From: a virus
Reading direction: 5' to 3' (one strand)
IMG/VR virus record: IMGVR_UViG_3300012922_000003
Coordinates: 1-43,854 of that record
DNA: 43,854 nt
Shown: positions 1-8,610 of the stretch, piece by piece
Numbering within the stretch: the first letter of the stretch is position 1
Layout: each line of letters opens with the position of its first letter
Position numbers and translations under genes: made by a program
Notes under the pieces: model-generated
Database searches by the model: none
What the model saw: only the letters and a program-made list of their open reading frames with translations
What the model was told of the DNA's origin: nothing

Positions 1-123
1 CGGAGCGCAGATGGGCCGAGTGCGTGGCCTCGGTGACGAAGAACGTAGAGTCCGCGACGCGGATTGAAACGAAGAACGCGCTCCGGTAGTTGCTCTGGTT
101 GGGGCACGAGTTGGTCGGCGCGC
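1..123. repeat. Terminal direct repeat, copy 1 (identical to 43732..43854); consistent with a circular-assembly overlap
   Basis: Read directly. cggagcgcagatgggccgagtgcgtggcc...ggttggtcggcgcgc occurs at both window ends. The repeat lies inside an open reading frame that is continuous across the junction. Confidence 0.9.
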
Positions 124-1309
124 TCTCGGCCGCGAGTTGCGCGACGATGTTGTTGGTGAAGATGGTTTGATCGACCCAGCCAGGCCAACTGGTGTCCCCG
201 TTGACGACGCCAGAGCCATTGTCTACCCCGACGATGGTGTTGTGGTCGAGGTAGTTTCTGCCGCGCGCCTGAAGGATCGAGAGCCCATTTGCGCGCCCGA
301 CCCAGATGTTGCGGCGCCCCGTGAAGGTAATCATGCCGTCTTGGAAGATCGCCGGGCAGCCCTTCACCTTGAAGTAACACGAGTCCACGATGTTCCCGGA
401 GCAGCTCTTGCCGATGCTCCCGGAGCCCGAGAGTTGAATGTTGCAGGTCCCGGGGCCTCCTTGGAAGATCGTGTCCGAGACCATGCGGTTCAAGAGCGAG
501 GAGTCGCGCAGGATGAGCGCGCCCCAGCGGCCACCGACCAGGTTGTTGGTGATGTCCCAGCGGTTGCCGCGCCACAGCGAGTGCAGCATTCCGTAGTGCT
601 CGCGGGCGTGCGAGGTCGGGTCCCCACTCGCTTCGAGCAGGACGGTGAACTTGTTGAACATGTAGGTCGAGGAGTCCTGATACGACTTGAGCGAGGCGTT
701 GCCTGGGGTCCCCGTTACCACGCCGCTCATCATCACATTTCCGCCGCCGGTGTAGCCGACGCCGAGGCGATCCCAGATGTTCGAGAAGAAGCTGTTGCCG
801 ATGGCGTACTGGATATTCGTGCGGGCGATCCAGAAGGTCGGCGAGTGGAAAATGTTCCGCGCGAAAACGTTGTAGTCCGGGCCAGCGAGCTCAAAGGTCC
901 CGTCGACGATGCAATCCATCAGCGAGTCCCAGCGGCAGGCGTTGCCGATGCTGAGGCCGCTGCGGAACTCGACCCCGCGGATCGACAGCGCAGAGTCCGT
1001 GAGCGTGACCGCCGGGGCGATCTTCACGAGACTCGGGTTCGTCACGTCGCCGTAGTAGTGCACCCACTGGCCGGCCACCATCGGCAGGAGTGGGTTGGGC
1101 GCGATCAGGTAGTTGCCGGGGCGCATGAACACGTTGTCGCCGCCGACCGCGAGCAGGTTGGGGACCGCGATCGGACACGGCGCTCCGGCGGTGCAGGCCG
1201 TGCCGGTGCCGGTGGCTGAGACGTAGTAGTCGGTGGCGTGAGCCGGGAGCGCGCTCGCGAAGAGCAGCAGAGCCGAGCAGATCACGAGCCACCAGCGCGG
1301 GCGCGTCAT
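1..1309 (-). CDS. Secreted right-handed beta-helix (pectate-lyase-fold-like) protein, N-terminal part; the gene wraps the window ends (656 aa in total with 43070..43731)
   Basis: Missing from the ORF track because it runs off position 1. The ATG at 1309..1307 overlaps the upstream stop (ATGA). Translation starts MTRPRWWLVICSALLLFASALPAHA/TDYYVSATGTGTACTAGAPCPIAV..., a Sec-type signal peptide followed by the 'YYVS.tG....C....PC' opening typical of parallel beta-helix proteins. Many short N/G/I-rich turns follow. The frame stays open to position 1 and continues in frame at 43731. Confidence 0.75.
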   Translation of the reverse strand, partial: MTRPRWWLVICSALLLFASALPAHATDYYVSATGTGTACTAGAPCPIAVPNLLAVGGDNVFMRPGNYLIAPNPLLPMVAGQWVHYYGDVTNPSLVKIAPAVTLTDSALSIRGVEFRSGLSIGNACRWDSLMDCIVDGTFELAGPDYNVFARNIFHSPTFWIARTNIQYAIGNSFFSNIWDRLGVGYTGGGNVMMSGVVTGTPGNASLKSYQDSSTYMFNKFTVLLEASGDPTSHAREHYGMLHSLWRGNRWDITNNLVGGRWGALILRDSSLLNRMVSDTIFQGGPGTCNIQLSGSGSIGKSCSGNIVDSCYFKVKGCPAIFQDGMITFTGRRNIWVGRANGLSILQARGRNYLDHNTIVGVDNGSGVVNGDTSWPGWVDQTIFTNNIVAQLAAESAPTNSCPNQSNYRSAFFVSIRVADSTFFVTEATHSAHLRS

Positions 1310-1488
1310 CGTGTTGCCCTCATCGCTGCGAGCCGACGCCGACGGCTCTTGGACGGTTTCCCAACCCGGGCTGGCAGGCTGGCGTAGTCCACGCCCTTGT
1401 TGAAGTCCTCCAATTGCGACTTCGTGATCTCTCCGCGCTGGTAGAGCGCGCCCATCTTGCGGAACTGGGCCTGCGACACGGAGGGCAC
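1306..1488 (-). CDS. Small basic protein, DUF3008-like (SxAQxRxMGA....RGE motif)
   Basis: A GTG at 1488 sits directly after the stop of the upstream 75-aa gene. Translation is VPSVSQAQFRKMGALYQRGEITKSQLEDFNKGVDYASLP... The track ORF's Arg/Ala-rich N-terminal extension was trimmed. The stop overlaps the next ATG (ATGA). Confidence 0.5.
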   Translation of the reverse strand: MPSVSQAQFRKMGALYQRGEITKSQLEDFNKGVDYASLPARVGKPSKSRRRRLAAMRATR

Positions 1489-1489
1489 A

Positions 1490-1717
1490 TCAATCGCCGT
1501 AGGCCGGGTTGACGCCGCGCTTCTTCTCCATCGCGATCTCGGCGCGTCCCTTCGGGCCGCCGCCGCGCGCTCGTTCGAGGCGCCGCTCGGCACCGCTGGT
1601 GCGCAATCCGGCGAGCGCCTTCCGCCGGCCACCGCGCAGGAGGCGCGGGTTCTTCTTCTTCGCGCCGATCTTCGCCTTCACGGCTGCGAACCCCGGATGG
1701 CTACCTTGCGCCGCCAT
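1490..1717 (-). CDS. Small basic protein (HPGFAAVKAKI motif), head-module associated
   Basis: 75-aa ORF with G/C-rich third codon positions, starting 17 nt before the portal stop. The HPGF.AV.AKI.. opening resembles small proteins often found next to portal genes (recalled from memory, not searched). Confidence 0.5.
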   Translation of the reverse strand: MAAQGSHPGFAAVKAKIGAKKKNPRLLRGGRRKALAGLRTSGAERRLERARGGGPKGRAEIAMEKKRGVNPAYGD

Positions 1718-3548
1718 TCCTCGATCCTCCTGCGCCCTTCGCCGACGCTGCTGCTGCCTGCGCCTGCTGCATCCGCGCCATCGTCACGCGCTGCTGCACC
1801 GCGCCGCGATCTGGATAGTCAAGGTCCTCAAGAAGTGCACTGCCGTCAATCACACCCATCTGGTAGAGCTGCATGTCGAGGTCGCGGCGGTCCTGCCGAC
1901 CCTGCGCCGTGCCGCTGCCTTCGGCCCAGCGGATGTCGAAGTCCTCGGGGTCCAAGTCCTCCGGGTTGATCCACGCGTCGGTGCCGTCCTCGCCCTGGTA
2001 GTAGAGCGCGTCCTCGCTCTTCATCGCGTCGGCGCACATCATCTTCTTGAGCAGCAGCGCGCCGAACTCGAGCAGCGCCGGACCCTTGGCGTTGGCGCGC
2101 GCGGCGGCTCCTTCCTGGAGTCGCCGGATCGCGGCGGCGGCTTCGATACCGGTCGGGCGCTGCCCGAGCAGCGCGTCGGGTTGTCCCGAGATGATCTGCA
2201 TGTCCATGCGCCGCGTGGAGCGCATCTGGAAGTGCGCCTCGGCGACGCCCTGCTTCTGGAGGTACTCCATCACGGTGCCCTGCGGCACGCGGATGATCTC
2301 TCCACCGTCGACGCCCGAGCGGTCCTGCAACACGCCGCGCACGCCCGTGACCTTGATCGGCGGATTGCCTGTCAGTTCAAGGTCGCGTGAGATGAGCGCG
2401 TCCTGCCGGTTGACCGCGCGCTGGAGCGGGATCACGTCGTCGAGCTCGCCCTTGGCGTAGAAGCGTCCGCCCTGCTCGTAGTCGCGCCCGATCACGAGCG
2501 GGACACCGCCGAGGCAGACGTCCACCGGCATCGGCGGGCCGAGCACCTTCCCGTTGTTGAGCATCGGGATCATCCGCCAGCCGGACTCGCAGCACGGCTC
2601 CTGGGTGGTGTGGATGCCGCCGTAGCTGACCGGACCCGCATCGCTCTGCTCGGTCCAATCGCCGACGTACTTGACCGGCATGGTGGTGTAGTCGCGGCAG
2701 AAGAGTTGGACCAGCATCGCGCTCTGCCCGAACTGCATGTAGGAGCCGGTGTCGGCGACCCAGTGCGCGGCCTGCGTCGCGGTGTCGCCCTCCTTCACCG
2801 CCACCAGTCCGGGCGAGACGATCTGCGGGTGGCCGTAGCGCATCCCCGCTTCGTAGTAGTCGATGTAGGGGCGGATGAACACCTCGTAGCTCGGCGAGGC
2901 CACGTTGTCGGGCTGGATGTCGGCCGCCGCCTGCGGGTAGAGCGCACGCAGTTTCGCCACCGGGACCGGCAGCGCGATGATGAAGAACTCCATCGTCGAT
3001 TCGTCGACGGCGCCGGGGTCCGGGTAGAAGTCGAACGGCGAGAGGTGGCGCGGGACCGCGTTGCCGCGACCGTCCCAGCCGATCATCGTCGGGCTCCATC
3101 CGAACTTGAGCAGGTCGCGCACCGACAGGCGGAAGATGCGGTCGAACCCGCAGGTGTCCATCTTGTAGGTCGCCCACCCACGGATGCGATCGAGACGCCC
3201 CGGCGCGAGTGACCGGCGTGCCACCGGCTCAGGGCGCGGGCGCGTACCAGTCAGAATCGACCAGGGCGTCTCGACGGTCGAGAAACAGAAGTTCGTCACC
3301 GGGTTGTGCTTGTGGTCCCAGGCGTTCTCGTAGTGGAACCCGGCCCAGAACAACTCGCAGAGCTTGAGCCGCGCGGTCTCGCCGCGCTTGGCCTCGAACG
3401 CCATCTGCCACTTCTGCTGCACCCACGAGGCGAGCGCGGTGTCGTCGCTGCCGAGGTGTCCGTAGGGCGGCACCGCCGGGACGTGGCGCTCGTAGCCGAC
3501 GAACTGCTTGCCGCCGCCGAACTCGAACAGCCGCGCGCCGCCGTTCAC
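1701..3548 (-). CDS. Portal protein
   Basis: About 615 aa from the GTG at 3548 (GTGA overlap with the stop of 3545..3901). It lies downstream of the large terminase block and has an acidic/Ala-Gln-rich C-terminal tail. The first 58 codons of the track ORF overlap the upstream gene and were trimmed. Confidence 0.7.
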   Translation of the reverse strand: MNGGARLFEFGGGKQFVGYERHVPAVPPYGHLGSDDTALASWVQQKWQMAFEAKRGETARLKLCELFWAGFHYENAWDHKHNPVTNFCFSTVETPWSILTGTRPRPEPVARRSLAPGRLDRIRGWATYKMDTCGFDRIFRLSVRDLLKFGWSPTMIGWDGRGNAVPRHLSPFDFYPDPGAVDESTMEFFIIALPVPVAKLRALYPQAAADIQPDNVASPSYEVFIRPYIDYYEAGMRYGHPQIVSPGLVAVKEGDTATQAAHWVADTGSYMQFGQSAMLVQLFCRDYTTMPVKYVGDWTEQSDAGPVSYGGIHTTQEPCCESGWRMIPMLNNGKVLGPPMPVDVCLGGVPLVIGRDYEQGGRFYAKGELDDVIPLQRAVNRQDALISRDLELTGNPPIKVTGVRGVLQDRSGVDGGEIIRVPQGTVMEYLQKQGVAEAHFQMRSTRRMDMQIISGQPDALLGQRPTGIEAAAAIRRLQEGAAARANAKGPALLEFGALLLKKMMCADAMKSEDALYYQGEDGTDAWINPEDLDPEDFDIRWAEGSGTAQGRQDRRDLDMQLYQMGVIDGSALLEDLDYPDRGAVQQRVTMARMQQAQAAAASAKGAGGSRNGGAR

Positions 3549-3901
3549 GGCCACAGCCCTTTCCGGCGCAACTGCGTCTCCATCGTCGAGCCCTTCACCG
3601 GCTCCCAGTCCTTCGTGCCGTGCTTGCGCTGGAGTTCGCGGAAGTGGGAACCGCTGCGCACCGGTTGATCGAAGGTCATCGAATAGTGGGCGGGGATGTC
3701 GTTGCGCGTGGCGACCGACCATCGCGGCGTGAACACGACGAGGCGCGCGGTCCGGTCGCAGGTGTAGCAGGTCCGATCAGGATTGAGGCGCTCCGCCTCG
3801 CCGCGGGTCGGGTGCGGGCCGTGCTCGTGGCCGCGGCGGCAGCGCCACGCGAACTGGGGTCGGCCGGCCGGGGCGCCGTGGAACAGGACGTCGTCGGGCA
3901 T
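3545..3901 (-). CDS. Hypothetical protein with Cys/His pairs (WRCRRGHEH...CYTCDR)
   Basis: 118-aa ORF with an ATG start 1 nt after the upstream stop and protein-like composition. The stop overlaps the portal GTG. Confidence 0.6.
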   Translation of the reverse strand: MPDDVLFHGAPAGRPQFAWRCRRGHEHGPHPTRGEAERLNPDRTCYTCDRTARLVVFTPRWSVATRNDIPAHYSMTFDQPVRSGSHFRELQRKHGTKDWEPVKGSTMETQLRRKGLWP

Positions 3902-3902
3902 C

Positions 3903-4154
3903 TCAGTGGACCGTCCCGCGCACCGTGCGCGCGAAGTCGTTGATCGTCCGTCGGTATGCGGACGCGACCGCCATCATGTCGCGGCCGTCGAGGCAGGGAA
4001 CGTGGATGCGAAGCTGCGGCGCGTGCTTCCCGCGCAGGCCGTAGGTGCCGCTCGCTGGATCGCCGGGAGCCACCGGGAAGCCGCACAGGAAGCACTCCGA
4101 GAAACCTTCCTGGTCCTCGCTGCGGGCGTCGTCGAACTCGCGCTTGCCTGCCAC
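3903..4154 (-). CDS. Hypothetical protein
   Basis: 83-aa ORF with a GTG start 4 nt after the terminase stop and a GAGG ~8 nt upstream. Amino-acid composition is balanced. Confidence 0.55.
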   Translation of the reverse strand: MAGKREFDDARSEDQEGFSECFLCGFPVAPGDPASGTYGLRGKHAPQLRIHVPCLDGRDMMAVASAYRRTINDFARTVRGTVH

Positions 4155-4158
4155 CCGG

Positions 4159-7140
4159 CTACCTCATCCCGCCGAGACCGAGGCGGCGCTGCCGCTGTTC
4201 CTGTGCGAGCACCTGATCCTCCATCGCCAACACTTCTTCGCAAGAAAGTCCGGTCCGGTCAATCGAGACGCGGTTGGCGTTGGCCGGATCGCGCTCCATC
4301 AGCATCCGCAAATCCTCGGCCGTGGCGCGCACGGTTTCCTCCGGCAGCGGCTCCAGCGGCGCCTTCATCGAGCCGCGGTGCGCCATCAGGCAGAGCGCGA
4401 ACGCGATCAGCAGGTCCTTCTCGGCCCCCGACTGCGCATCGGCCTTGCCGTCCACGTAGACCAGCGATTGCATCTGCTGGACGAGGTGCGGACACGGGAG
4501 TTTGCCCATCCGCATCCGCACGAACTTCCGCAGCGTGTTGAACAGATGCTCGCGGTTCCGCTGCGTTGAGAGGTAGCCCGGCTTCTGCGTCACCTCCCCG
4601 CTCACCGTGTCCTCGCTGACCTTGCGGTAGTAGAGGTTCGGGTAGCCGAGCGAGATCACCGTCTCGTGGAACAGGATGCCGTGGTTGTTGGCCTCGTTGA
4701 TGATGAGCGCGTCCCGGAAGTGCTTGGCGAGGTCGACGGCGTGGCAGGCGAGCAGGTCGGGAGGCGTGCGCCCGTACCAGGTCGCCACGAGGTCGAGCGT
4801 CATCTGGTCGAGCACGGCGAGCGGCGAAGCGTCGGAGCCCGGGTCGCCTTCGGAGGGGTCGGCCCCGATCACGTAGCTGTGGCGATCGAGCGGCTCCGCG
4901 AAGATCCGCAGCCGCCCGCGGTCGTGCACGATGATGGTCGGGACGCCGACGCCGGGCGGGTCGGACTCGATCTCCGAGCGTGCCGCCAGCGTGTTCTTCC
5001 GCACCGACTCGGCGACTTTCTCGGTGTAGTGGAGCACCGCCTCGGTGTCGAACGCCGGCCGGCCCGAGAGCAGGAACGCCTCCTGCGGCGTGTTGTGCGT
5101 GAGGATGCCGTTGGCCGAGAACTCGTGATCCGGCTCAACGGTCAGGTCGTAGGTGGCCTCGTGTCCATCGGGCCGGACACTGCCGACGTGATCCGTGAGG
5201 GTCATCGGAAAGCGCGGGCGGCCAACCGCAGAGGGTGCCGCTGGCCGCATGGATCGCTTGCGGACGCCGACGAACCCGATGTGCTCGTGGAAAGCCTCCG
5301 ACGCCGACTTCGTGAAGTTGAGGGCGTAGGAATAGTACGGATTACCGGAGCCCGACTTCTTCGTGCTCGCGCGCAAGGACGTGGGGATTCCGAAGCCGAG
5401 CACGAGCAACTGAACCTCGCGTGCGAACGCGATTTTGGACGAGGACCATGTCACGTCGTGGCCGCGCGCCGAGCCGTCCGCCTCGAACAGCCCGCGCAGA
5501 AACTCTCTGACGATGTAGCGCGGGGATCGCCAAATCGCCTCTGGAACATGGATGTTCCGGCGGTACATGTCGTGCCCGGCGTGTGATCCGACGACGCCAA
5601 GGCGTGCCAGCGTCGGACGAGCAGCGACGCAACCCAGACGAACCTCGATCGCGCCCTTCCTGCCCTGCACGCGCGCAATGTTCCGAGTCGTCGGCTGACC
5701 GATGAGGTTGCGGACGAGGCGGCACACATCTTCGACGACATCTTGGTCCTTCGCGTCGCAGACCACGGAGAGCGTTCCGGCGTACCACGAGCCATCCCCC
5801 ATGAAGTATCCCAACAGCCGCGCCCAATCCCGACCGATGCGCACCGAAGTCTCGTTCCCCGGGATCTCGGACCACCGCTGCGTGTATGGGGTCGCGGCGA
5901 ATCGCGGGGGACGGAGGGTGATTTCCTGCCCGGGTTTGAGTCTGCTCAGCCACACGAAACCGTCCGGCGTGTGGATCGGATGATCGTGCGTACCGCGCAG
6001 GACTCGCCCGGCCGCCGTCGTCAGTAGGAAAATCGGAGAGGTCGGCTGCGGGCCACCGGCGACAATCGGACCTGACTCGGTCTCGGTGGCGGCCAACGAC
6101 TCAGAGATCGGCAGGATGCCTTTCTCTGTGGAGACGCGCACCTCTGCGGTGAGGCAGGCGGGATACTCCTGCCCGAACTTTTCCTCGTCGCCATCGAGGT
6201 TCGAGTTGATGCACCAGCGGCGCCAGCCGAGTTGCTCACCCGTCAGGCCGAAGCGGTCGGCGAGCCGCACCTCATCGGTCGTGAGCTTCCCGGGTCCGCG
6301 GTGGCGCTGATACTCCTCGTGGTCGAACCACGCGACGAACACCGGAGTCCAGCCCTTCTCTTCGAGCGGCACGTCCTTGTCGAGCGCGAGCCCGGTGGCG
6401 CGTGTCCAGGTGCGGTGGAACTTGTTACCGACGCCCTTCGCCGTGCTCTCGATCACCACCAGCGAGTCGACCTGCATCGGCACGGTCTGCATCACCGCGA
6501 CCAGCGTTTCCTCGGGCTGGTCGTACATGGCGAACTCGGACAGGTGGACGTACTGCGCGACGTAGCCACGCGGGTCGCCCTGAACCTCGACCTGCATCCG
6601 CGAGCCGTTGCCGAACTCCATCTCGTGCACGGTCGCCAGCTTCCGCTCCGGCTGAATCTCGGCGGCCAGCATCCGGTAGAAGGTGCGGCTCATGCGGAAG
6701 AGCACGCGCGACGACTTGAGGTTGTGAGCGAGCACCAACGCCGACCGATTCGCGCAGGTCAGGCAGGCGTGGAAGAGGATCGCCTCGATCAGAGTGCTCA
6801 CTCCGACCTGCCGGCTCTTGAGCACGATCAGGCGCGGGGGCACCCCCGCAGCGCGGAGGCGGCGGACCTCCTGGAGGATTTTGCGCTGCGTGGTGTTGAG
6901 GACGAAGGGGACGATCTGCCCGGTCTTGGTGACGATTCTCAGGCAGTCGCGGCAGAAGTCCTCGAAGTGGGTGCGGTAGTAGCCGAGGTCGCGCGCGTCA
7001 GGCTTGGGGCTCGTCTCCGGCTGCGGCGGTGGATTCGCCGTGCTGACGGCCGACGGACTGGGCGCGGCGAACGAAGCCCGCGCGCTCGAAGCCGCTGAGG
7101 AGTTCGCCGAGCGCTTCGGCGATGGCGACTTGCCCGGCAA
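4159..7140 (-). CDS. terL: Terminase large subunit interrupted by a 355-aa intein (993-aa precursor, ~638-aa extein)
   Basis: ATPase motifs LKSRQVGVST (Walker A-like), YVHLSEF (Walker B-like) and VIESTAKG. RNase H-like nuclease motifs YVIGADPS, LIINEANNHG and DLLIAFAL. The start is uncertain: the first ~47 codons are low-complexity and overlap 6998..7375 by 143 nt. Confidence 0.85.
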   Translation of the reverse strand: MPGKSPSPKRSANSSAASSARASFAAPSPSAVSTANPPPQPETSPKPDARDLGYYRTHFEDFCRDCLRIVTKTGQIVPFVLNTTQRKILQEVRRLRAAGVPPRLIVLKSRQVGVSTLIEAILFHACLTCANRSALVLAHNLKSSRVLFRMSRTFYRMLAAEIQPERKLATVHEMEFGNGSRMQVEVQGDPRGYVAQYVHLSEFAMYDQPEETLVAVMQTVPMQVDSLVVIESTAKGVGNKFHRTWTRATGLALDKDVPLEEKGWTPVFVAWFDHEEYQRHRGPGKLTTDEVRLADRFGLTGEQLGWRRWCINSNLDGDEEKFGQEYPACLTAEVRVSTEKGILPISESLAATETESGPIVAGGPQPTSPIFLLTTAAGRVLRGTHDHPIHTPDGFVWLSRLKPGQEITLRPPRFAATPYTQRWSEIPGNETSVRIGRDWARLLGYFMGDGSWYAGTLSVVCDAKDQDVVEDVCRLVRNLIGQPTTRNIARVQGRKGAIEVRLGCVAARPTLARLGVVGSHAGHDMYRRNIHVPEAIWRSPRYIVREFLRGLFEADGSARGHDVTWSSSKIAFAREVQLLVLGFGIPTSLRASTKKSGSGNPYYSYALNFTKSASEAFHEHIGFVGVRKRSMRPAAPSAVGRPRFPMTLTDHVGSVRPDGHEATYDLTVEPDHEFSANGILTHNTPQEAFLLSGRPAFDTEAVLHYTEKVAESVRKNTLAARSEIESDPPGVGVPTIIVHDRGRLRIFAEPLDRHSYVIGADPSEGDPGSDASPLAVLDQMTLDLVATWYGRTPPDLLACHAVDLAKHFRDALIINEANNHGILFHETVISLGYPNLYYRKVSEDTVSGEVTQKPGYLSTQRNREHLFNTLRKFVRMRMGKLPCPHLVQQMQSLVYVDGKADAQSGAEKDLLIAFALCLMAHRGSMKAPLEPLPEETVRATAEDLRMLMERDPANANRVSIDRTGLSCEEVLAMEDQVLAQEQRQRRLGLGGMR
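5092..6156 (-). mobile_element. Intein with LAGLIDADG homing-endonuclease domain inside terL
   Basis: Junctions were read on the DNA: ...FGQEYPA/CLTAEVRVSTEKG (Cys1 codon 6154..6156) and ...EFSANGILTHN/TPQEAF (terminal Asn codon 5092..5094, +1 Thr). Block B is GTHDHPIHT. The two LAGLIDADG motifs are LLGYFMGDGSW and FLRGLFEADGS. Block F is YDLTVEPDHEF. Confidence 0.9.
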
Positions 7141-7375
7141 TGATGGCCTCCTTGTTGGCGGTGGATTCCGCCTTCAAGGATGCGATGGCCTCAGCGTTCC
7201 CGTCCAGCGCGGCCCGGCATTCCTGCGCGACGTTGCCTGCCGCGTTGGCGATCTCGGCGACGGCTTTCGCGGCGTTGAGATAGGCTTCGGCGGCGAGCCA
7301 GCCACAGCGGTATCCGAGCGCGAGCAGTGAGATCATCGCGACGACGGTGCCGAGCGTGGTGAGGAAGAGGCTCAC
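6998..7375 (-). CDS. Membrane-anchored coiled-coil protein, unknown function
   Basis: The GTG start overlaps the upstream stop (GTGA). The N-terminal hydrophobic helix SLFLTTLGTVVAMISLLALGY is followed by an Ala/Glu-rich helical segment. The 3' end overlaps the annotated terL start. Confidence 0.5.
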   Translation of the reverse strand: MSLFLTTLGTVVAMISLLALGYRCGWLAAEAYLNAAKAVAEIANAAGNVAQECRAALDGNAEAIASLKAESTANKEAIIAGQVAIAEALGELLSGFERAGFVRRAQSVGRQHGESTAAAGDEPQA

Positions 7376-7704
7376 GGCTCCTCCCGCTGCGGAATGCCCA
7401 TGCTCTTGAGCAGATCATCGGCGGCAGAACCCGGAGTCGGCATATTCGCGAACTCCGAATAGTGCCGCCACCATGCGTTCGGTCCGGCTCCGGTCGCCTG
7501 GGTGAGCGCGTCGGCGAACATCTGGCCGTGCCGGTTCGTCTCGTCGAACGAGGCCATACGCCGCTCCGGTTCACGGCGCATCGAGCACAGTGGGCAAACG
7601 CAGCACAGTGGGTGACGGTCGAATCCGTCAGAGAACTGACCCGCACGCCAGCGTTCCACCATCCGACACGCCTCGCACTGGCACTGCGCTCCGTGAGTGG
7701 TCAC
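7372..7704 (-). CDS. Cys-rich (zinc-ribbon-like) protein
   Basis: GTG at 7704 with a GTGA overlap to the upstream stop. Contains CQCEAC...CCVCPLC. Trimmed from track ORF 7372..7746. Confidence 0.5.
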   Translation of the reverse strand: MTTHGAQCQCEACRMVERWRAGQFSDGFDRHPLCCVCPLCSMRREPERRMASFDETNRHGQMFADALTQATGAGPNAWWRHYSEFANMPTPGSAADDLLKSMGIPQREEP

Positions 7705-7913
7705 ACTTCCTCCACGGAAAAGGTCCGGGCGAAACGTTCGGCCCAATGGCGTGCTGGCGCCCCTCCGCCGGAGTAGAAGGATCCGATCAGGCGCGGATCA
7801 GGGAGACCGGGCGTGAGGAAGAACACTTCCGATCCGCGCACCTCAACTGCGCAGCCCCCCCGGGTCTCGATCGTAAGCGTTTCGTGTCCGGGTCGGAGCG
7901 GATCATGTATCAC
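7701..7913 (-). CDS. Hypothetical protein
   Basis: GTG at 7913 with a GTGA overlap to the stop of 7910..8554. 70 aa with plausible composition. Confidence 0.45.
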   Translation of the reverse strand: MIHDPLRPGHETLTIETRGGCAVEVRGSEVFFLTPGLPDPRLIGSFYSGGGAPARHWAERFARTFSVEEV

Positions 7914-8554
7914 GTCCCCTCCACGAGGAATGGATCGCGCCACTCGGGGGCGGGCGCAGGTTTCGGCACCAGGCGCACGCCGAGGCTCTTGAGTTGCGCG
8001 CGCATCCGGTCGTAGCGCTCGCGGTCGATGATGCCCCGTGCCGGGGCGCCCGACGGAGCGAGAATCACCGGGGGCGCGACCGGAGGATCAGAGAAAAGAA
8101 TGAGCTGGGGCGCATCTCCACCGCCTTCGCCAGCCGCACCACCACGCTCATCCGCAGGTCCGGCTGCTGCCGCAGCCACCACGCCTGCCCCCACGTCAGC
8201 CCCGCTCGGCGCAGCGCCTCCGACTTGCTCATGCAGGAGCTCCGGCCGCGTGATCGAGCGGATGTGGGCTGCGGCGTCCTGCCGGGCGAGTTGCTCAACC
8301 TCTTCCGCGCTCGGTCCAGAGCCAACTCCCAGGCAGCCTTCGACGGGGCAGCCGTCCTTCTCCTTCCGCCGCGGGTTGATGCCGTGGACCGGGCACGAGA
8401 AGAAGTCGGGCGAGTGCGCCTCGGCGTGGCAGACCGAGCAGATGCCGCCGATGGCCGGGACGCCGCGCTCGTTGACGAGGCGAACGACGCCGTGGATCTT
8501 GCAGATGTTCCACGTCGCGTCCGGGAGTTCGTCGCCTTTGAAGCGGTCATCCAC
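7910..8554 (-). CDS. Hypothetical protein with an N-terminal Cys/His cluster and a low-complexity Ala/Gly/Pro linker
   Basis: 214-aa ORF with a GTG start and GGAGGAG upstream. Contains CKIH...CSVCHAEAH...CPVH...CPVEGC. Confidence 0.55.
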   Translation of the reverse strand: MDDRFKGDELPDATWNICKIHGVVRLVNERGVPAIGGICSVCHAEAHSPDFFSCPVHGINPRRKEKDGCPVEGCLGVGSGPSAEEVEQLARQDAAAHIRSITRPELLHEQVGGAAPSGADVGAGVVAAAAAGPADERGGAAGEGGGDAPQLILFSDPPVAPPVILAPSGAPARGIIDRERYDRMRAQLKSLGVRLVPKPAPAPEWRDPFLVEGT

Positions 8555-8610
8555 GGTGCTCCTCCGTCATGCGGACCACTCTAGCGCTCAAGAGTGGAGC
8601 GCGTCAACGC

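Noticed and set aside
137-1219. 360-aa plus-strand ORF at the window start
   Set aside because: It is a shadow frame of the minus-strand beta-helix gene. It has Arg/Asp/Val/Gly-rich composition, a TTG start and no motifs.
1486-1500. Programmed frameshift joining the 75-aa ORF to the DUF3008-like ORF
   Set aside because: There is no slippery heptamer. A GTG start immediately after the upstream TGA explains the downstream ORF as an independent coupled gene.
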